A stretch of 64,000 nt of DNA from Amoeboaphelidium protococcarum X5. Its lineage: Eukaryota; Fungi; Aphelidiomycota. Below the pieces are notes generated by a model, which saw only the letters and a program-made list of their open reading frames with translations, was not told where the DNA came from and did not search any database. Position numbers and translations under genes: made by a program. The stretch is taken from contig JALDTO010000237.1 of NCBI GenBank assembly GCA_023515725.1, positions 479,573-543,572 on the forward strand. The letters run 5' to 3'. Of the stretch, positions 62,095 to 64,000 are shown piece by piece. Position 1 is the first letter of the stretch; the number at the start of each line of letters is the position of its first letter.

Positions 62095-63857
62095 ATGAAG
62101 ACTCGGTAAGTATAAAGTTAAATGGTTAATTGATTGATTTCATTTGTTAAGTGTGTAGTTCGTCTAAACGATTGAGAGAAAAGGATGCTCCACTATTGTC
62201 GGAGAATGATACCCCAACTAAAAGAGTGCGGTCTGTTCAGAAGGTTAATATCAAGGAGAAGCCACTGCCAGTATTAAAAGATGTCTCTCATTCTAAAAAG
62301 TCTTTGGTTAAGAAGAATTAGAATGTTAAATCCTCAAAGGATGATTTATCTAAACAGCAGTTGTCTGGTAAGACGTCGAATTCTGACTCAACCTCTCATC
62401 ACTCTCAAGACTCTTTTATGGATGCTCTACATTATGCTAAATCTACATTCAGAACTGGATATATGCCGAAATAGGCTGTTGGAAGAGAGTAACAAGAATA
62501 GTCAATAAATAGTTTTCTGAATGATAATATCATGGCAAAAGCTAGCAAATCTCTTTATATCAGTGGCTCTCCGGGGTGTGGTAAAACCATGTTGGTTGAA
62601 AGCATATTGAGAAGATTTGAAAATAATGCCAAGTCTGCTAAGAATAAGTAACTAAAAGTTATCAAGCTGAATTGCATGATTTGCGGTAATAACGTCAACT
62701 CTATTTGGGAGAAATTGGCATCAGTTCTTGGTTTAAACACGCGTAGTTCAGGAGATGATGCGATGTAGTTGGTGAAAACGTATCTCACAGTTCCTGGTAA
62801 AAGTAAGTAGTTTGTTATTCTCATGTTGGATGAAGTGGATCAATTAATCAACTAGAATGCTGAGATATTGTTCAATTTGTTCAGCTGGATCGGTATTCCT
62901 TTAAGTAGGTATTTGCTAATTGGTATCGCCAACTCTATCGATTTAAGTGAGCGCCTGATTGCCCGCTTGTAAGCTTTGAATTGTGCTCCCACTCAGGTTG
63001 CCTTTTCAGCTTACTCTGCATCAGATATAAAAGCAATAATCACAGGTAGACTGAATGAGATAAAATTAAAGTTTCCAAGTGCTGGAGATTTATTTCATCC
63101 GGCGGCTATTGAATTGTGTGCACGTAAAGTTGCAGTGTTTGGAGATTTTAGACGCGCGTTGGATTTGTGCAGAATGGCTCTAGAAATGCTAGAACTGGAA
63201 TGCAATGATGGTGATAAAGAAAATGCTTCAACATTTAGTCGTCAAGTCGGCATTTAACATATGGTGAAGGTTATAGATAGATCTTTTGGTTCAGTGAATG
63301 CCTCTGTTAAAAAGTTGAAAGAGTTGAGTGCTAATGAGAAGGCTGTTCTTGCAGTGTTGGCTTCTGTTCTGTTTAGTGACTAGCCGGTTGAAACTTCGAT
63401 GTTGCGCACTTATGAGATATTCAAAACTTTGTGCAATCGTTAGAAAACTCTGAACATGCTGTCAAGAAGTGAATACGTTGATATGATCATGTCACTGGAA
63501 AATGCCGGCCTTATCGAGCCTGCGAAGAAAACTGCTAATGCTTTGGGGCGATCTTTGTCCAACTCGAGCACTCCATTCAAGTAGAATAAGGTGACAATGC
63601 CAAGTATTTTCAATACTCCATCTGCAGGCTACAAGAGTAAATTAAACACTACTCCTCAGAGTGCTCGCGCTCCCAAAACTCCAAGCTCCTCCCGTAAGCG
63701 ACAAGTGTCCATCCTGGATCCGTCTGTGAAAATTGCTATAACCGTCTCCGAGAAGGACCTCAGACTTGCTTTTAGAGATCAAGATCATCTACTAGCAGTT
63801 ATTGATGAGGGTGTATCTAATGTGGTTAACTAATCCGCAGAAAGTGTATTTGATTGA
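62095..63857 (+). CDS. CDC6: Replication licensing ATPase Cdc6; intron 62106-62158
   Basis: LYISGSPGCGKT, LDEVDQL, LIGIANSIDL, CARKVAVFGDFRRALDLCR. Confidence 0.93.
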
Positions 63858-64000
63858 TGTTGAATTGATGTGTTGTTATAAATAGACGCAAATGAATGTT
63901 GATTAAAGACTCTTGGCCTTTGGCTAAAAATAGTTTCCGTAGATCTTCCATTGGAATGCATAATTTAGTTGTATTTGATTCTTTGACACTTTTTCTACTA

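Overview
Gene-dense eukaryotic (fungus-like/opisthokont) nuclear DNA that uses a non-standard genetic code: TAA and TAG encode Gln and only TGA is stop (translation table 6). The supplied ORF track is therefore fragmented. This code together with fungal-type genes points to an aphelid such as Amoeboaphelidium protococcarum (inference). Re-read by hand with table 6, the window holds about 35 genes. Housekeeping genes include TAM41, SNF8, MSL5/SF1, WAPL, KRS1, USO1, CCDC6, PHB1, RPT6, HMGCL, mscL, SDH5, CYP51, BPL1, TMCO4, a MARCH-like E3, PFKFB and CDC6. There are also candidate secreted/surface proteins and several mobile elements. Main discovery: an intact ~743-aa Fanzor2/IS607-type TnpB RNA-guided nuclease (40604-42835, minus) that keeps the RuvC D-E-D triad but lacks the zinc-finger cysteines. 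It is followed by a putative omegaRNA, and a second, orphan omegaRNA copy (37299-37383, plus) shows compensatory base-pair changes and a pseudoknot. The orphan copy's guide position reads directly into a truncated paralog of the nearby mscL gene. Also present: an intact Crypton-like tyrosine-recombinase element with 15-bp flanking direct repeats, a RecQ/TLH-like helicase, LINE and papain-like relics, a PD-(D/E)xK nuclease-like gene, a lysozyme-like secreted protein, and a tandem pair of choice-of-anchor-A adhesins with apparent gene conversion. All translations and alignments were done by eye; no database searches were run.
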